Part shown: piece by piece, positions 31,893 to 44,053 of the stretch
How positions within the stretch are numbered: the first letter of the stretch is position 1
How the letters are laid out: every line of letters starts with the position of its first letter
Source: Synechococcus sp.
GTDB taxonomy: Bacteria > Cyanobacteriota > Cyanobacteriia > PCC-6307 > Cyanobiaceae
NCBI GenBank assembly: GCA_047285305.1
Contig: JBJBDL010000003.1
Location: 640,001 to 704,000, forward strand
Direction of reading: 5' to 3'
DNA: 64,000 nucleotides
Position numbers and translations under genes: made by a program
Notes under the pieces: model-generated
The model's database searches: none
Told to the model about the DNA's origin: nothing
Seen by the model: the letters and a program-made list of their open reading frames with translations, nothing else

Positions 31893-33051
31893 GGTCGGTA
31901 CCGAGCAGCTCTGCCATTGCTTTCTGCTGTGGGGAAGGCTCCACCAGGTCCTGACGACGGGCATCGGTGATCAGCCAGTCGAGCGAGGCCTCCTGCAGAT
32001 CGAAGTGATCACCGTCCTTGCCCACGCAGTAGCGGCCGAACACCAGCTTCTCGAGCAGCTGCACGCCGGGGCCGATGCGCGAGTAGTCGAAGATGATCGA
32101 GTTGTCGACCGTGGCGCCCTCACAGATGTGGCAGCTGGGGCCGATCATTGTTGGCCCAACGATCGTTGCACCATCTTCGATCTTGGTCATTCCGCCCACG
32201 TAGACGGGGCCGGTGACGTTGATCTTGTCCCAGTTGGCGGCCACATTCAGACCGGTGTAAACCCCGGGACGTGCCTCCTTGCCGGGGATGCCCACCTGAC
32301 GGACGTCACCCATCAACACGCTGCGGATGGCTTGCCAGTAATCGGGAACCTTGCCGATATCCACCCATTCGAAATCCATCGGGATGGCATAGAAGGGTGC
32401 GCCGAGCTCGGCCAGTTTCGGGAACAGATCCGAGCCGATATCGAAGGACTGTCCCGAAGGGATGTGTTCAAAGATCTCCGGCTCGAAGATGTAGATGCCG
32501 GTATTGATCGTGTCGCTGAGGGCTTCGTCGACGGTGGGCTTTTCCTGGAAGCTTGAAATTCTGTTCTGGTCATCGGTGACCACAACGCCGTAGCTGCTCA
32601 CCTGATCCTTGGGGACTCGTTTGGTGACAAGGCTGGCGATCGCACCCTTCTCCCGGTGCAGCCGTACCGCTTCGCTGAGATCAAGGTCGATCAGCGCATC
32701 GCCGCAGAGCACCACGAAGGTGTCGTCAAAGAAGTGCTGGAAATCCTGGATTTTTTTGAGCCCGCCAGCAGACCCCAGGGCACTGCCGATCAGTTCGCCG
32801 TCTTCAATCCGTCCTTCAAAGCTGTATGCAATTTCAACCCCGAAACGCTGGCCATCCCGGAAGTAATTTTCAATCTCTTCGGCCAGGTGGGAGACGTTCA
32901 CCATCACTTCGGTGAAACCGTGCTCCTTGAGCAATTCCAGCAGAAATTCCATCACCGGCTTTTGCAGGATCGGAATCATTGGCTTGGGGATCACATGGGT
33001 GATCGGTTGGACCCGCGTCCCCTTACCAGCCGCCAGAATCATCGCCTTCAT
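31873..33051 (-). CDS. NDP-sugar pyrophosphorylase, cyanobacterial CugP-like
   Basis: MILAAGKGTRVQPIT.PKPM, C-terminal hexapeptide repeats. Confidence 0.9.
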   Translation of the reverse strand: MKAMILAAGKGTRVQPITHVIPKPMIPILQKPVMEFLLELLKEHGFTEVMVNVSHLAEEIENYFRDGQRFGVEIAYSFEGRIEDGELIGSALGSAGGLKKIQDFQHFFDDTFVVLCGDALIDLDLSEAVRLHREKGAIASLVTKRVPKDQVSSYGVVVTDDQNRISSFQEKPTVDEALSDTINTGIYIFEPEIFEHIPSGQSFDIGSDLFPKLAELGAPFYAIPMDFEWVDIGKVPDYWQAIRSVLMGDVRQVGIPGKEARPGVYTGLNVAANWDKINVTGPVYVGGMTKIEDGATIVGPTMIGPSCHICEGATVDNSIIFDYSRIGPGVQLLEKLVFGRYCVGKDGDHFDLQEASLDWLITDARRQDLVEPSPQQKAMAELLGTDLTQAAS

Positions 33052-33097
33052 TGGCGTTTGGTCGGGTCAATACAAGGTGTTGACCATAGACCCGGTC

Positions 33098-34000
33098 TTA
33101 GGCCGCCACGACCGTCCGGGTCGGCGATGGATCTGGCACTTGAAGGCTGCGGATCGGCAGTTGCGTTGCAGTTCCACTCGCGGGGATAAATTTCAGTCGC
33201 AGCGGTCCGTGGAGCCAACCCTCCTGCTCCAGCTCAACCCGTCCCTGGGAGGAAAGAAATAGCAGGGCCCAGAACACCCCGACCCGGTCACGGTCCAGGT
33301 CCGCCGCTGCGGCCACCTCCCACTGATCCACCAGTTGATCGAAGCCCACCCAGTCCAGGGCGGTCTCCCAACCGTTCAGAAACACGCCCAGTGCTGCGGT
33401 TGTTTCCGGCAGCTTTTCGCGGTGGGCCAGCCCGGCTACCTGGGCGATGGCTTCACGGTTGCTGTAGCGCTTTTGGCGTTTGCGGCGGCGTGCCTCGAGT
33501 TCGTCTGATTCCAGCTGCTCGGCAATCGATTCCAGCTGTTCGATCAGCTCTCCAAGGGTGACGGGCCGACGCAATGGCGGGGGTGCCACGGGTCGCCGCT
33601 GCAGATGACGTTCCGGCCGTCGGGGCAGATCAAAGGCCGGATCCAGCCAGCCTTGCTCATCGAAGTCGGTATCGAAGTGATCTTCGACTTCAGGCGGCGG
33701 CGGCAACATGCTGGTTTCGAGCATCTCCGCCTTGAGTCCCACCAGCACTGAGGCGGCCAGGAAGGCTTCGCTGCTGTCAGCCAGGTCCCGCTCGTAGCTG
33801 CCGCCCCGTCCGGCCAGGGCGGCTGCCACTTGCCCGGGAACTTCGATGCGTTGCCGGAGTTGATCCAGAAAGCCGTCGATGACGGCAATCACATCCACAT
33901 CCCAGGGATCGAGATCGCCCCGCTCCGCTGCGTCCTGCAGCAGTCGAATCGCAAGGCGGGCTCCAGCATCAGCGCCGTCGTTGGGGGCCACCTGGAGCAA
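33098..34000 (-). CDS. scpA: Segregation/condensation protein A
   Basis: GDLDPWDVDVI, AFLAASVLVGLKA, VTLGELI, VGVFWALLFL. Confidence 0.88.
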   Translation of the reverse strand: MLQVAPNDGADAGARLAIRLLQDAAERGDLDPWDVDVIAVIDGFLDQLRQRIEVPGQVAAALAGRGGSYERDLADSSEAFLAASVLVGLKAEMLETSMLPPPPEVEDHFDTDFDEQGWLDPAFDLPRRPERHLQRRPVAPPPLRRPVTLGELIEQLESIAEQLESDELEARRRKRQKRYSNREAIAQVAGLAHREKLPETTAALGVFLNGWETALDWVGFDQLVDQWEVAAAADLDRDRVGVFWALLFLSSQGRVELEQEGWLHGPLRLKFIPASGTATQLPIRSLQVPDPSPTRTVVAA

Positions 34001-34058
34001 GTCAATTCACCCTTTCCCGGCAAGGTATCGGTCCTCAACCGGTGTCGCCAGTGCCGCC

Positions 34059-34460
34059 TCAAGCTGCACTGCTGGCATCGGTGACCTCCGCTTGGTCGTT
34101 GTCGTCGCTTTCAGTGCTTGTCGCGCTGACGGTGGTCGCGGGGAGCAGGCCCAGCTGGGTTTCAACGGTGGAGCGGTAGCGGCTGAGGTCGGTCTCCAGT
34201 TCCTGGATGCGGACCTGCTGTGCTTCGTATTCGTTCGCCTTGCTGAACTGTTCAACGTTGTTGAGCATTCCGGTCCAGGCAGCGAAGAACCAGGCCGAAA
34301 CGGCTCCCAACCCCGCCGCCAGCAGCAGCAGACCCGCCAAAGGCAGGGTGTACTCGACACCCGGCAAGACATGAACCGTGGTTGGGTTGGTGTTCGCCAG
34401 GGTGAAAAACACCGTGATCAAACCGAAGCTGAAGATCAGGCCGAAGTTGATCTGACGCAT
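34059..34460 (-). CDS. LapA-domain membrane protein
   Basis: Two N-terminal TM segments (FFTLANT...PLAGLLL) followed by a coiled coil. Confidence 0.75.
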   Translation of the reverse strand: MRQINFGLIFSFGLITVFFTLANTNPTTVHVLPGVEYTLPLAGLLLLAAGLGAVSAWFFAAWTGMLNNVEQFSKANEYEAQQVRIQELETDLSRYRSTVETQLGLLPATTVSATSTESDDNDQAEVTDASSAA

Positions 34461-34527
34461 GGCAGGGGAGCGTTCCCCTGGAACTTACGGAGGGTTGGCT
34501 GGGAATGAATCGGAATCGATACGTGAT

Positions 34528-36165
34528 TTATGACGCGCCCACGGCAGGGGCCTGGAGGAGCGCCGGAACAGGGGCCTGACCTCGAATCAGGGGGGCCGTT
34601 GGTGAGATCACCTGTTCCATCGCACCCAGGTTTCGGTTCACTAGGGCTTCAATCGAGCTGTGGTAGCTGTCGGTCATCAGCTTGGGGTACAGCCCGATTC
34701 CGATGATCGGCACCAGCAGGCAGCCGATTATGTACACCTCGCGCGGCTCCGCATCCACCAGGTTGGTGTGGGACACCAGCTCCTCTTTCTCCTTGCCGAA
34801 GAAGATCTCCCGCAGCATCGAGAGAAGGTAGATGGGTGTGAGGATCACCCCCACAGCGGCCAGCCCGCAGATCACCACGCGGAAGGGCAGGGTGTAGGCC
34901 TCATCCGTGGCGAAACCAGCGAACACCATCAGTTCGCTCACGAACCCGCTCATGCCGGGCAGGGCCAGGGAGGCGAGGGCACACACCGTCCAGAGCGCGA
35001 ACATGATGCGCATCTTCTGGCCAATGCCTCCCATCTCATCCAGCTGAAGCGTGTGGGTGCGGTCGTAAGTGGCACCTACGAGGAAGAACAGGCTGGCGCC
35101 TATCAAGCCGTGGCTGATCATCTGCAGCATGGCGCCGCTGGTGCCCAGGGCACTGAAGCTGCCAACGCCGATCAGCACGAAGCCCATGTGGCTGATCGAG
35201 CTGTAGGCGATCTTTCGCTTGAGGTTGCGCTGGGCGAAGGAGGTGAGGGCGGCGTAAATGATGTTCACCACCCCCAGCACGATCAGCAGTGGGGCGAACT
35301 GGGAGTGGGCCGCTGGCAGCAGTTCACAGTTGAAACGCAGCAGGGCATAGCCGCCCATCTTCAGCAGGATGCCGGCCAACAGCATGTGCACCGGTGCCGT
35401 GGCTTCGCCATGGGCATCCGGCAGCCAGGTGTGCAGGGGCACGATTGGCAGCTTCACGCCGAAGGCGATTAGCAGCCCGGCGTAGCAGAGCAATTGAAAG
35501 CCCGTGCCGAAGTCTTTGGCTGCAAGAGCGGTGTACTCAAAACTGGGGGTGCCTCCGCCGAAGAAGCCCATGGCCAGGGCGGCCAACAGGATGAACAGGG
35601 AGCTGCCGGCGGTGTAGAGGATGAATTTGGTTGCGGCGTATTGGCGTTTCTTGCCGCCCCAGATGGCCAGTAGCAGATACACCGGGATCAGTTCCAGCTC
35701 CCAGGCCAAGAAGAACAGCAGCATGTCCTGCACGGCGAAGACTGCGATCTGGCCGCCGTCCATGGCCAGCAGCAGGAAATAAAACAGCCGCGGTTTGAAA
35801 CTCACCGGCCACGCCGCCAGGCAGGCCAGGCTGGTGATAAAGCTGGTGAGCAGGATCAACGGCATCGAGAGCCCGTCGGCTCCCACCGCCCAGGTGAGGC
35901 CAAGATCCGGCAGCCAGCTCACCCGTTCGGAAAGCTGCAGACCACTCAGGTTGGGGTCATAGCCGGTGAGGTAGGCCGCAACGGTGATCAGGAAGGTGAT
36001 CAGCGTCACGATCAGGGCGTACCAGCGCACCTGTTTGCCCTCGCCTTTGTCTGGAACCAGCGGAACCAGCAGGGCACCCACAATCGGTACCAGAATCGAC
36101 AGGCTCAGCCATGGAACGGTTGCCTGCACCGGCTCGCTGAGTCCGGCGACTGCGAATTCGAACAC
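34528..36165 (-). CDS. ndhD1: NDH-1 subunit D1
   Basis: [39 protein letters not shown]; downstream of ndhF1. Confidence 0.95.
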   Translation of the reverse strand: MFEFAVAGLSEPVQATVPWLSLSILVPIVGALLVPLVPDKGEGKQVRWYALIVTLITFLITVAAYLTGYDPNLSGLQLSERVSWLPDLGLTWAVGADGLSMPLILLTSFITSLACLAAWPVSFKPRLFYFLLLAMDGGQIAVFAVQDMLLFFLAWELELIPVYLLLAIWGGKKRQYAATKFILYTAGSSLFILLAALAMGFFGGGTPSFEYTALAAKDFGTGFQLLCYAGLLIAFGVKLPIVPLHTWLPDAHGEATAPVHMLLAGILLKMGGYALLRFNCELLPAAHSQFAPLLIVLGVVNIIYAALTSFAQRNLKRKIAYSSISHMGFVLIGVGSFSALGTSGAMLQMISHGLIGASLFFLVGATYDRTHTLQLDEMGGIGQKMRIMFALWTVCALASLALPGMSGFVSELMVFAGFATDEAYTLPFRVVICGLAAVGVILTPIYLLSMLREIFFGKEKEELVSHTNLVDAEPREVYIIGCLLVPIIGIGLYPKLMTDSYHSSIEALVNRNLGAMEQVISPTAPLIRGQAPVPALLQAPAVGAS

Positions 36166-36209
36166 GCTGATCCGATCCTCACTGGATGGATCGTAGAAAT
36201 CATGGACGC

Positions 36210-36239
36210 TGTGTCATCACCTCGATAGGCGATGACACA
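36210..36239 (-). other. Intercistronic 13-bp stem-loop between ndhF1 and ndhD1
   Basis: Minus strand TGTGTCATCGCCT-ATCG-AGGTGATGACACA, one G-U pair, no U-tract. Confidence 0.7.
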
Positions 36240-36254
36240 CATGGACGATGTGCT

Positions 36255-38264
36255 TTAGGCGATTGGTCCGCCGATCACGCCAAACAGGACCACCAGGCCG
36301 ATTACACCGGCAAACACAATCAGGGCATAGAACTGGGCGCGTCCGGTCTCGAGATATTTGAGACCTTCGCCGCTGCCGAGTGTGAGCAGTCCGGTGAGGT
36401 TGACCACGCCGTCCACCACTTTGGCGTCCACCTCGAGCACCTCCCGCGCCAGTTTGCGGCTGCCGCGAACGAACAGCTTTTCGTTCAACACATCGAGGTA
36501 CCACTTGTTGGCGAGGAAGGCATTCACCGCCGGGAAGCGGCCGGCCACCAGCTGCCCCAGATCAATCCGACGCAGGGCATAGGCCAGAACAGCCAGGCTG
36601 ATGCCGGCAACGGAGATGGCCACGGAGGCGCCCGCCAGGGGGAGAAACTCGCCCCAGTTGAACTGTTCGGCCATCTCAAGGGCTTCTTCCGGGTTGAGAA
36701 GGCCCGCAAAGCGGCTGTTCCATGGGGTGCCCAAGAGGCCAATCAGTACGGAAGGCACCGCCAGCACTGCCAAGGGGGCCGCCATCGGCCAGGCCGACTC
36801 GTGCACGCTGCCGCCATGGGCGTGGTGCTCGGAAGGATCCTTGCCAGCAGCGGTAAGCAGCTGGGCCTGCATGGCGGTGTCATTGCCGCGGAACTCCCCT
36901 TCGAAGGTAAGGAAGTAGAGCCGGAACATGTAGAAGGCCGTCATCCCCGCTGTAAGGAAGCCCACCACCCAGAGCAGTGGGTAGTTGTTGAAGGCCTGGC
37001 CAAGAATTTCGTCCTTGCTCCAGAAGCCGGCCAGGGGCGGAATGCCGCTGATGGCGATGCAGCCGATGAAGAAGGTGATTGCGGTGACGGGCATCTTTTT
37101 GCGTAGGCCGCCCATCAAGCGCATGTCCTGGGCGAGAACGGATTCGTGGCCCACCACCTCCTCCATGGCGTGGATGACGGAGCCTGATCCCAGGAACAAC
37201 ATCGCCTTGAAGAAGGCATGGGTCACCAGGTGGAAGATGCCGGCGACCGGGGCACCGCAACCCATCGCCAGCATCATGTAGCCGAGCTGGGAGACGGTGC
37301 TGTAGGCCAGACCCTTCTTGAGGTCCATTTGGGTGAGGGCGATGGAAGCCCCCAGGAAGCAGGTGATCGTGCCAACGACGGCGATCACGGTTTGAACGAT
37401 GGGGAACTGGGCGTAAAGGGGATCGAGGCGGGCGACCAGGAACACCCCTGCGGCCACCATCGTTGCGGCGTGAATCAGCGCTGAAATCGGCGTCGGGCCC
37501 TCCATGGCATCGGGCAGCCAGACGTGGAGAGGGAATTGGGCCGACTTGGCCATCGGACCCATGAACACCAGCAGGCAGAGCAGAAGCGCTGCCCATGGGG
37601 CCACCGTTCCGGCAGCCAGGCCGTTCTGCAGACCATCGGCGATTCCCTGGAAATCGAAGCTTCCGGTGGCCCAGAACAGGCCAAGAATGCCCAGCAGCAG
37701 GCCGAAGTCACCAACCCGGTTCACTACAAACGCCTTCTGAGCGGCATGGGCGGCACCGTCGCGGTCGTACCAGAAGCCCACTAGCAGGTAGGAGCACATG
37801 CCCACCAGCTCCCAGAAGACGTAGATCTCCAGAAGATTGGGGCTGATGATCAGCCCCAGCATGGAGCTGCTGAACAGCGCCAGGTACGTGAAAAAGCGCA
37901 CATAGCCCTTGTCATGGGCCATGTAGCCGTGGGAATACACCAGCACCAGCAGGGCAATGGTGGTGACCAGCGCCAGCATCACCGCCCCGAGTGGATCCAC
38001 CACGTAACCCATCGGCAGAACGAAGTTGCCTGCGCTGGCCCACACGAACAGATGCTCGACGGGCGGGGCGCCATTGAGCTGGTTGAAAAGGATGCTGTAG
38101 CTGAGGGCAGCCGCTGCGCCGACACAGGAGATCAACAGCAGCGCAACTGGTTTGCGCAACCGGTTGATCGTGCGGTTGAAGCTAATCAATCCCAACCCGG
38201 TCAGCACAGCGCCGAACAGGGGCAGAACGGGAATGAGCCAGGCGAGTTCCTCGGCCGAGGGCAT
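36255..38264 (-). CDS. ndhF1: NDH-1 subunit F1
   Basis: KSAQFPLHVWLPDAMEGPTPISALIHAATMV, THAFFKA. Confidence 0.96.
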   Translation of the reverse strand: MPSAEELAWLIPVLPLFGAVLTGLGLISFNRTINRLRKPVALLLISCVGAAAALSYSILFNQLNGAPPVEHLFVWASAGNFVLPMGYVVDPLGAVMLALVTTIALLVLVYSHGYMAHDKGYVRFFTYLALFSSSMLGLIISPNLLEIYVFWELVGMCSYLLVGFWYDRDGAAHAAQKAFVVNRVGDFGLLLGILGLFWATGSFDFQGIADGLQNGLAAGTVAPWAALLLCLLVFMGPMAKSAQFPLHVWLPDAMEGPTPISALIHAATMVAAGVFLVARLDPLYAQFPIVQTVIAVVGTITCFLGASIALTQMDLKKGLAYSTVSQLGYMMLAMGCGAPVAGIFHLVTHAFFKAMLFLGSGSVIHAMEEVVGHESVLAQDMRLMGGLRKKMPVTAITFFIGCIAISGIPPLAGFWSKDEILGQAFNNYPLLWVVGFLTAGMTAFYMFRLYFLTFEGEFRGNDTAMQAQLLTAAGKDPSEHHAHGGSVHESAWPMAAPLAVLAVPSVLIGLLGTPWNSRFAGLLNPEEALEMAEQFNWGEFLPLAGASVAISVAGISLAVLAYALRRIDLGQLVAGRFPAVNAFLANKWYLDVLNEKLFVRGSRKLAREVLEVDAKVVDGVVNLTGLLTLGSGEGLKYLETGRAQFYALIVFAGVIGLVVLFGVIGGPIA

Positions 38265-38298
38265 CCGCAAAAAGCAGGTTGAATCGAGTGTAGGCAGC

Positions 38299-39030
38299 TC
38301 AGTCCAGCAGTTTCTGGAGTGCTGAATTGCGCATCAACTCGGCAGCCGTCGGAATGAAGCGATGGGCCCACCAGAACACGCCGACGGCGATGGCGATGCC
38401 CAGTTGCGCCGGTCGAGCGAATTCCTGCCACTGCAACTGCTGGCGTCCATCCAGCACTGCCGCGAAGGGCACGATTGAGGTGCTGGTCTTGAGCTCGTCA
38501 AAGGCTTCTCCGAAGCGGGCCTTCAGGCGCCGGTCGCCATGCCAGACGGCGAAGAGGTGATGGCCGATCAGGCCCACACAGGTCACCAGCATGAAGCTGC
38601 TGCCGATCCAGAGGGCGTGGGTGAGGCACCAGAGGATTTGCCCGATGGCCTGGGGATGGCGGCTGATGCGGATGATCCCCGTGGCGTAAAGGCGCACCTG
38701 CGGTTTGAGCACCGCCGGGATCTCCAGCAGGTTGTAGGTGGCTGGATAGAGGAAGAGAAAACTGATGGCGGTTCCGATCCACACGAGCGGGATCACCCCA
38801 GGCACGCCCTGGAGATTCCAAAGCCTCACCCCGTCATAGCGATGGGCCAGGAACCATCCGATCACCACCACGGCCGAGGGAATGCTGGCTGCCGCGAAGA
38901 TCAGGCGCCAGGCCCGTGCTCCGATCACGGCCTCAGCCCGGCTGCGCAGTGCAGCGCCACCGCTGTGAATCACGGCAAACAGGATCAGCAGCACCAGCAT
39001 CACGACGCTGCTGTGGTGGGTGGAGGCCAT
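38299..39030 (-). CDS. NnrU-family protein, probably zeta-carotene isomerase (Z-ISO)
   Basis: HSGGAALR, GIIRISRHPQ, HHLFAVWHGDRRL, TSIVPF. Confidence 0.85.
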   Translation of the reverse strand: MASTHHSSVVMLVLLILFAVIHSGGAALRSRAEAVIGARAWRLIFAAASIPSAVVVIGWFLAHRYDGVRLWNLQGVPGVIPLVWIGTAISFLFLYPATYNLLEIPAVLKPQVRLYATGIIRISRHPQAIGQILWCLTHALWIGSSFMLVTCVGLIGHHLFAVWHGDRRLKARFGEAFDELKTSTSIVPFAAVLDGRQQLQWQEFARPAQLGIAIAVGVFWWAHRFIPTAAELMRNSALQKLLD

Positions 39031-39111
39031 GGCGGCTGCGTTGGAAGGGCGTGATTCTGGCTGTCGGACGTGGCGGTCCTAAATTTCTGGTGTTCCTCCG
39101 GGTGTTCCGCG

Positions 39112-40101
39112 GTGGCCGATCTGCCGTTCACCCTCGACCAGCTGCGGATCCTTCGCGCGATTGTCAGTGAGGGCAGCTTCAAGAAAGCCGCCGACAGTCT
39201 TTACGTCACCCAGCCCGCCGTCAGCCTTCAGATCCAGAACCTGGAGAAGCAGTTGGAGGTGTCGCTGTTTGATCGCGGCGGGCGCAAGGCGCAGCTCACT
39301 GAGGCTGGCCATCTGCTGCTGAGTTACTGCGACCGGATCCTGAGCCAGTGCCAAGAAGCCTGTCGGGCCCTGGATGATCTCCACAATCTCAAGGGTGGAT
39401 CCCTGATCGTGGGAGCAAGTCAGACCACCGGCACTTACCTGATGCCCCGGATGATTGGCCTGTTCCGCCAGAAATATCCTGACGTGTCCGTGCAGCTCCA
39501 GGTCCACAGCACAAGACGCACGGGCTGGAGTGTGGCTAATGGTCAGATCGACCTGGCGATTATCGGTGGTGAATTGCCGGCGGAACTCAATGAACTGCTG
39601 CAGGTGGTTCCCTACGCCAGTGATGAGCTGGCGCTGGTGCTGCCGGTGAAGCACCCCTTGGCCCGGCTGGCTGAACTCACCAAGGAAGACCTGTATCGCC
39701 TGGGCTTTGTCTGTCTCGATGCGCAATCCACTACCCGGAAGATGGTCGACCAGCTCCTGGCGCGCTCCGGCTTGGATGTGCAGCGCCTACGTATCGACAT
39801 GGAGCTGAATTCGCTGGAAGCCATCAAGAATGCCGTTCAGGCGGGCCTGGGCGCCGCATTTGTTCCTGTGGTGTCGATCGAGCGGGAGTTATCTGCGGGC
39901 ACGATTCACCGGCCCCAGGTGGCTGATCTGCAGGTGAGACGCCAGCTCAAGCTGATCACCCATCCCGCCCGCTACTGCTCACGTGCTTCGGTGGCATTCC
40001 GCAATGACGTTCTGCCCGTCTTTGCCAGCGCTGACAGCCCGATTCGCCAGGCAGCGAAGGTCCTGCCTGAAGCGATCGGGGAGCAACCGGTTCAGAACTG
40101 A
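39112..40101 (+). CDS. rbcR: LysR regulator, RbcR/Ycf30-like
   Basis: [12 protein letters not shown]...[34 protein letters not shown] at 39112. Confidence 0.85.
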   Translation: MADLPFTLDQLRILRAIVSEGSFKKAADSLYVTQPAVSLQIQNLEKQLEVSLFDRGGRKAQLTEAGHLLLSYCDRILSQCQEACRALDDLHNLKGGSLIVGASQTTGTYLMPRMIGLFRQKYPDVSVQLQVHSTRRTGWSVANGQIDLAIIGGELPAELNELLQVVPYASDELALVLPVKHPLARLAELTKEDLYRLGFVCLDAQSTTRKMVDQLLARSGLDVQRLRIDMELNSLEAIKNAVQAGLGAAFVPVVSIERELSAGTIHRPQVADLQVRRQLKLITHPARYCSRASVAFRNDVLPVFASADSPIRQAAKVLPEAIGEQPVQN

Positions 40102-40727
40102 TCAGCCTCTGGTGTCACGCCCACAGCGTCATCTGCCACGCCTCGGGTGAGGAATTTGTTCTCACTGATATCGGTTTGGTAGACGCAGCGCACCACGGGT
40201 TTGTCCCGAACGGAGCCGATGTAGGCAAAGGTGTTCATTCGCTGTTTGCACTCACGCTCCTGCTCGGCGGTGATGGCCCCCTCCTTGCGCAGCACCGACC
40301 AGTTCTCCCGACGGATCACACAACCCGGTTGCAGGGTTGGCTGGGTCACAAAGCTGCTGGAGGGGTTGAGCGTCGTGTACATCTCGATGTCCATAACGAA
40401 GGCGCTCGCCCCCCACTGGCGGCAGAACTCCGGGTCGGGAACGGCCATGTCCAGTTGCTGGGAGCTGGCGATGTTTCCCTGGTCGCCCGTGGTAGTGCTG
40501 GTGACAGCGCTGCCGATGCCGATCCCCACCACGAGAACTCCTGCCAAGACGGCCACGGTGAGGGTGCTGAATTGAAAGCCGCCTTGGCCCCCTCCACCGC
40601 CTGTTGGGGGGCCGGGAGGACGGCCGTATCCGCCCCGAGGTGGAGCGGCATAGCGGTCACGCTCAACGCGGTCGTAGCGGCCATCACGCGGTCGGCGGCC
40701 GCCGCGGTCGTAGCGCGAGCCGGTCAC
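40092..40727 (-). CDS. DUF3172-like membrane-anchored protein
   Basis: Arg/Gly-rich N-terminus, one TM helix, [13 protein letters not shown] and PGCV motifs. Confidence 0.75.
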   Translation of the reverse strand: MTGSRYDRGGRRPRDGRYDRVERDRYAAPPRGGYGRPPGPPTGGGGGQGGFQFSTLTVAVLAGVLVVGIGIGSAVTSTTTGDQGNIASSQQLDMAVPDPEFCRQWGASAFVMDIEMYTTLNPSSSFVTQPTLQPGCVIRRENWSVLRKEGAITAEQERECKQRMNTFAYIGSVRDKPVVRCVYQTDISENKFLTRGVADDAVGVTPEADQF

Positions 40728-41071
40728 AACAGTTCAGGGGTGCGGGGCAGGCCCATGGAGAAGTTCTGCACGCGGCCATCAGGGTTGTAGCTGAGTTCTC
40801 CGGCCTGGAGCAGTTGCCGGATGAATCCCTCCAGGTCTGTACCAATGCGGCGCAGGGTGTAGTCACTCAGTTCGCCGCCGGCTGCGGCATCCACCAGTTC
40901 CTTGAAGCGTCCCTGCACCTTGGCGAGGGTGGCGGCATCCCAGAGAAATTCGTTATCGGGATCCAGATCTAAGGTCAGTTGGTCATTTGAAGGAACCAGA
41001 TCCTCCTCTTGAAGTGCTGCTGTGAACAGGCGCACGTGGCGGGTGGTGCACTTGAGAAGGGTGTCAGCCAA
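40724..41071 (-). CDS. ndhM: NDH-1 subunit M
   Basis: [43 protein letters not shown] start at 41071. Confidence 0.95.
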   Translation of the reverse strand: MADTLLKCTTRHVRLFTAALQEEDLVPSNDQLTLDLDPDNEFLWDAATLAKVQGRFKELVDAAAGGELSDYTLRRIGTDLEGFIRQLLQAGELSYNPDGRVQNFSMGLPRTPELL

Positions 41072-41132
41072 GACGCGCCCACGGGAAAGCTGACACGACT
41101 TTAAGAAGCGAACGGGGGTCAAGCCCTTTTAA

Positions 41133-42578
<1,446 letters not shown>

Positions 42579-42581
42579 GCC

Positions 42582-43490
42582 ATGCCCCTCGCCTCCCCGG
42601 ATCTCGACGCAGCCTTTGAGGCCTGCCGTCGGGAGACCGCCGAGTGGGCCAAGACGTTCTACATAGGCACCTTGCTTCTCCCTCCGGAGAAGCGGCGTGC
42701 CATTTGGGCGATCTATGTGTGGTGCCGGCGCACGGATGAGTTGATGGACAGCCCGGAGGCCCAGGCGCGTCCGGTGGAGGAGCTGGCAGAGCGACTCGAC
42801 CGTTGGGAGGAGAAGACCCGTGCTCTGTTTGATGGTCGGGTGGAGGACGACCTGGATGCGGTGATGGTGGACACCCTGGAGCGCTTCCCCCAGGGCATTC
42901 AGCCTTACCTCGACATGATTGAGGGCCAGCGGATGGACCTCACCTGGACCCGCTACCCCCGATTTGTAGACCTCAAGCTCTACTGCTATCGCGTGGCAGG
43001 CACCGTTGGACTGATGACCCAGGGGGTGATGGGCGTCGACCAGGCCTACACCTCAGCTCCCTGGAGCGACTGTCCCGACACCTCCGATGCCGCCGTCGCC
43101 CTGGGGATCGCCAACCAACTCACCAACATTCTTCGGGATGTGGGGGAAGACCGGGGCCGTGGTCGTATCTATCTGCCCCAGGAAGATCTCCAGCGTTTCG
43201 GTTATTCCGAGGAGGAGCTGATGGCTGGAACCCTCAACAACGCCTGGCGTTCGTTGATGCGCTTTCAGCTGGAGCGGGCTCGCGATTGGTTTGCTCGCTC
43301 CGAAGCTGGAGTCCGTTGGCTGTCCGCTGATGCGCGCTGGCCGGTTTGGACGTCGTTGCGGCTGTACCGCGGCATCCTGGATGAAATTGAACGGGTCGAT
43401 TACGACGTGTTCAATCACCGTGCCTATGTGGCCAAGGTCAACAAGCTGCTTGATCTGCCCCGTTCATTCCTTTTGGCTCAGTCACGCTAA
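42582..43490 (+). CDS. crtB: Phytoene synthase
   Basis: WCRRTDELMD, YCYRVAGTVG, NQLTNILRDVGED. Confidence 0.96.
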   Translation: MPLASPDLDAAFEACRRETAEWAKTFYIGTLLLPPEKRRAIWAIYVWCRRTDELMDSPEAQARPVEELAERLDRWEEKTRALFDGRVEDDLDAVMVDTLERFPQGIQPYLDMIEGQRMDLTWTRYPRFVDLKLYCYRVAGTVGLMTQGVMGVDQAYTSAPWSDCPDTSDAAVALGIANQLTNILRDVGEDRGRGRIYLPQEDLQRFGYSEEELMAGTLNNAWRSLMRFQLERARDWFARSEAGVRWLSADARWPVWTSLRLYRGILDEIERVDYDVFNHRAYVAKVNKLLDLPRSFLLAQSR

Positions 43491-43520
43491 AAACCCCTGC
43501 CAGTACGACCGGCAGGGGTT
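43489..43520 (-). terminator. Intrinsic terminator between convergent crtB and the RRM gene
   Basis: AACCCCTGCC-9 nt-GGCAGGGGTT stem; the adjacent A-run gives a U-tail on the minus strand. Confidence 0.75.
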
Positions 43521-43560
43521 GAGTTGATCTGCTGTTTCCCTCGATCAGATCAGCGGCGGA

Positions 43561-43992
43561 TCAAACCGCCGTCTTCTGGTTGGCGAGCAGATCCTTGAGT
43601 TTGGACAGTTCGCCGGCCCAGCGGGGGTCAGGCGCATCTTCGCTCTTCGCATCGCTGTGGACTACTTTGTTCACAGCCTTGCGGGCCACTTGAGGCTGGC
43701 CGGCTGCATTGGGGGCTCCACGACGGTGGCCGCCAGCATTGTTGTCGCGGCGCTCGGAGCGCTCGACCCGCAGAGCACTGCCACCGAACTCCTTGCCGTT
43801 GAGAGCTTCGATCACGGCGTCGGCCAGTTTCGGATCGTCCACGTTGGCGAAGCCGAAACCGCGGCATGCACCGGTTTCGCGGTCGAGAACCGACTTGAAC
43901 CGAATCCCTTCTCCCACCGACTTGAGCAGAGCCACCAGCTCCTGTTCTTCAAAGGTCTGCGGCAGGTTGCCGATGTACAGGCGGATGCTCAT
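43561..43992 (-). CDS. RRM RNA-binding protein (Rbp)
   Basis: RNP2 LYIGNL and RNP1 RGFGFA. Confidence 0.92.
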   Translation of the reverse strand: MSIRLYIGNLPQTFEEQELVALLKSVGEGIRFKSVLDRETGACRGFGFANVDDPKLADAVIEALNGKEFGGSALRVERSERRDNNAGGHRRGAPNAAGQPQVARKAVNKVVHSDAKSEDAPDPRWAGELSKLKDLLANQKTAV

Positions 43993-44053
43993 GAAGGAAA
44001 AGAAATGCGATCTGTCGGTGTCTGACCGTCATCATTGACACCAGGAAAGTTAA

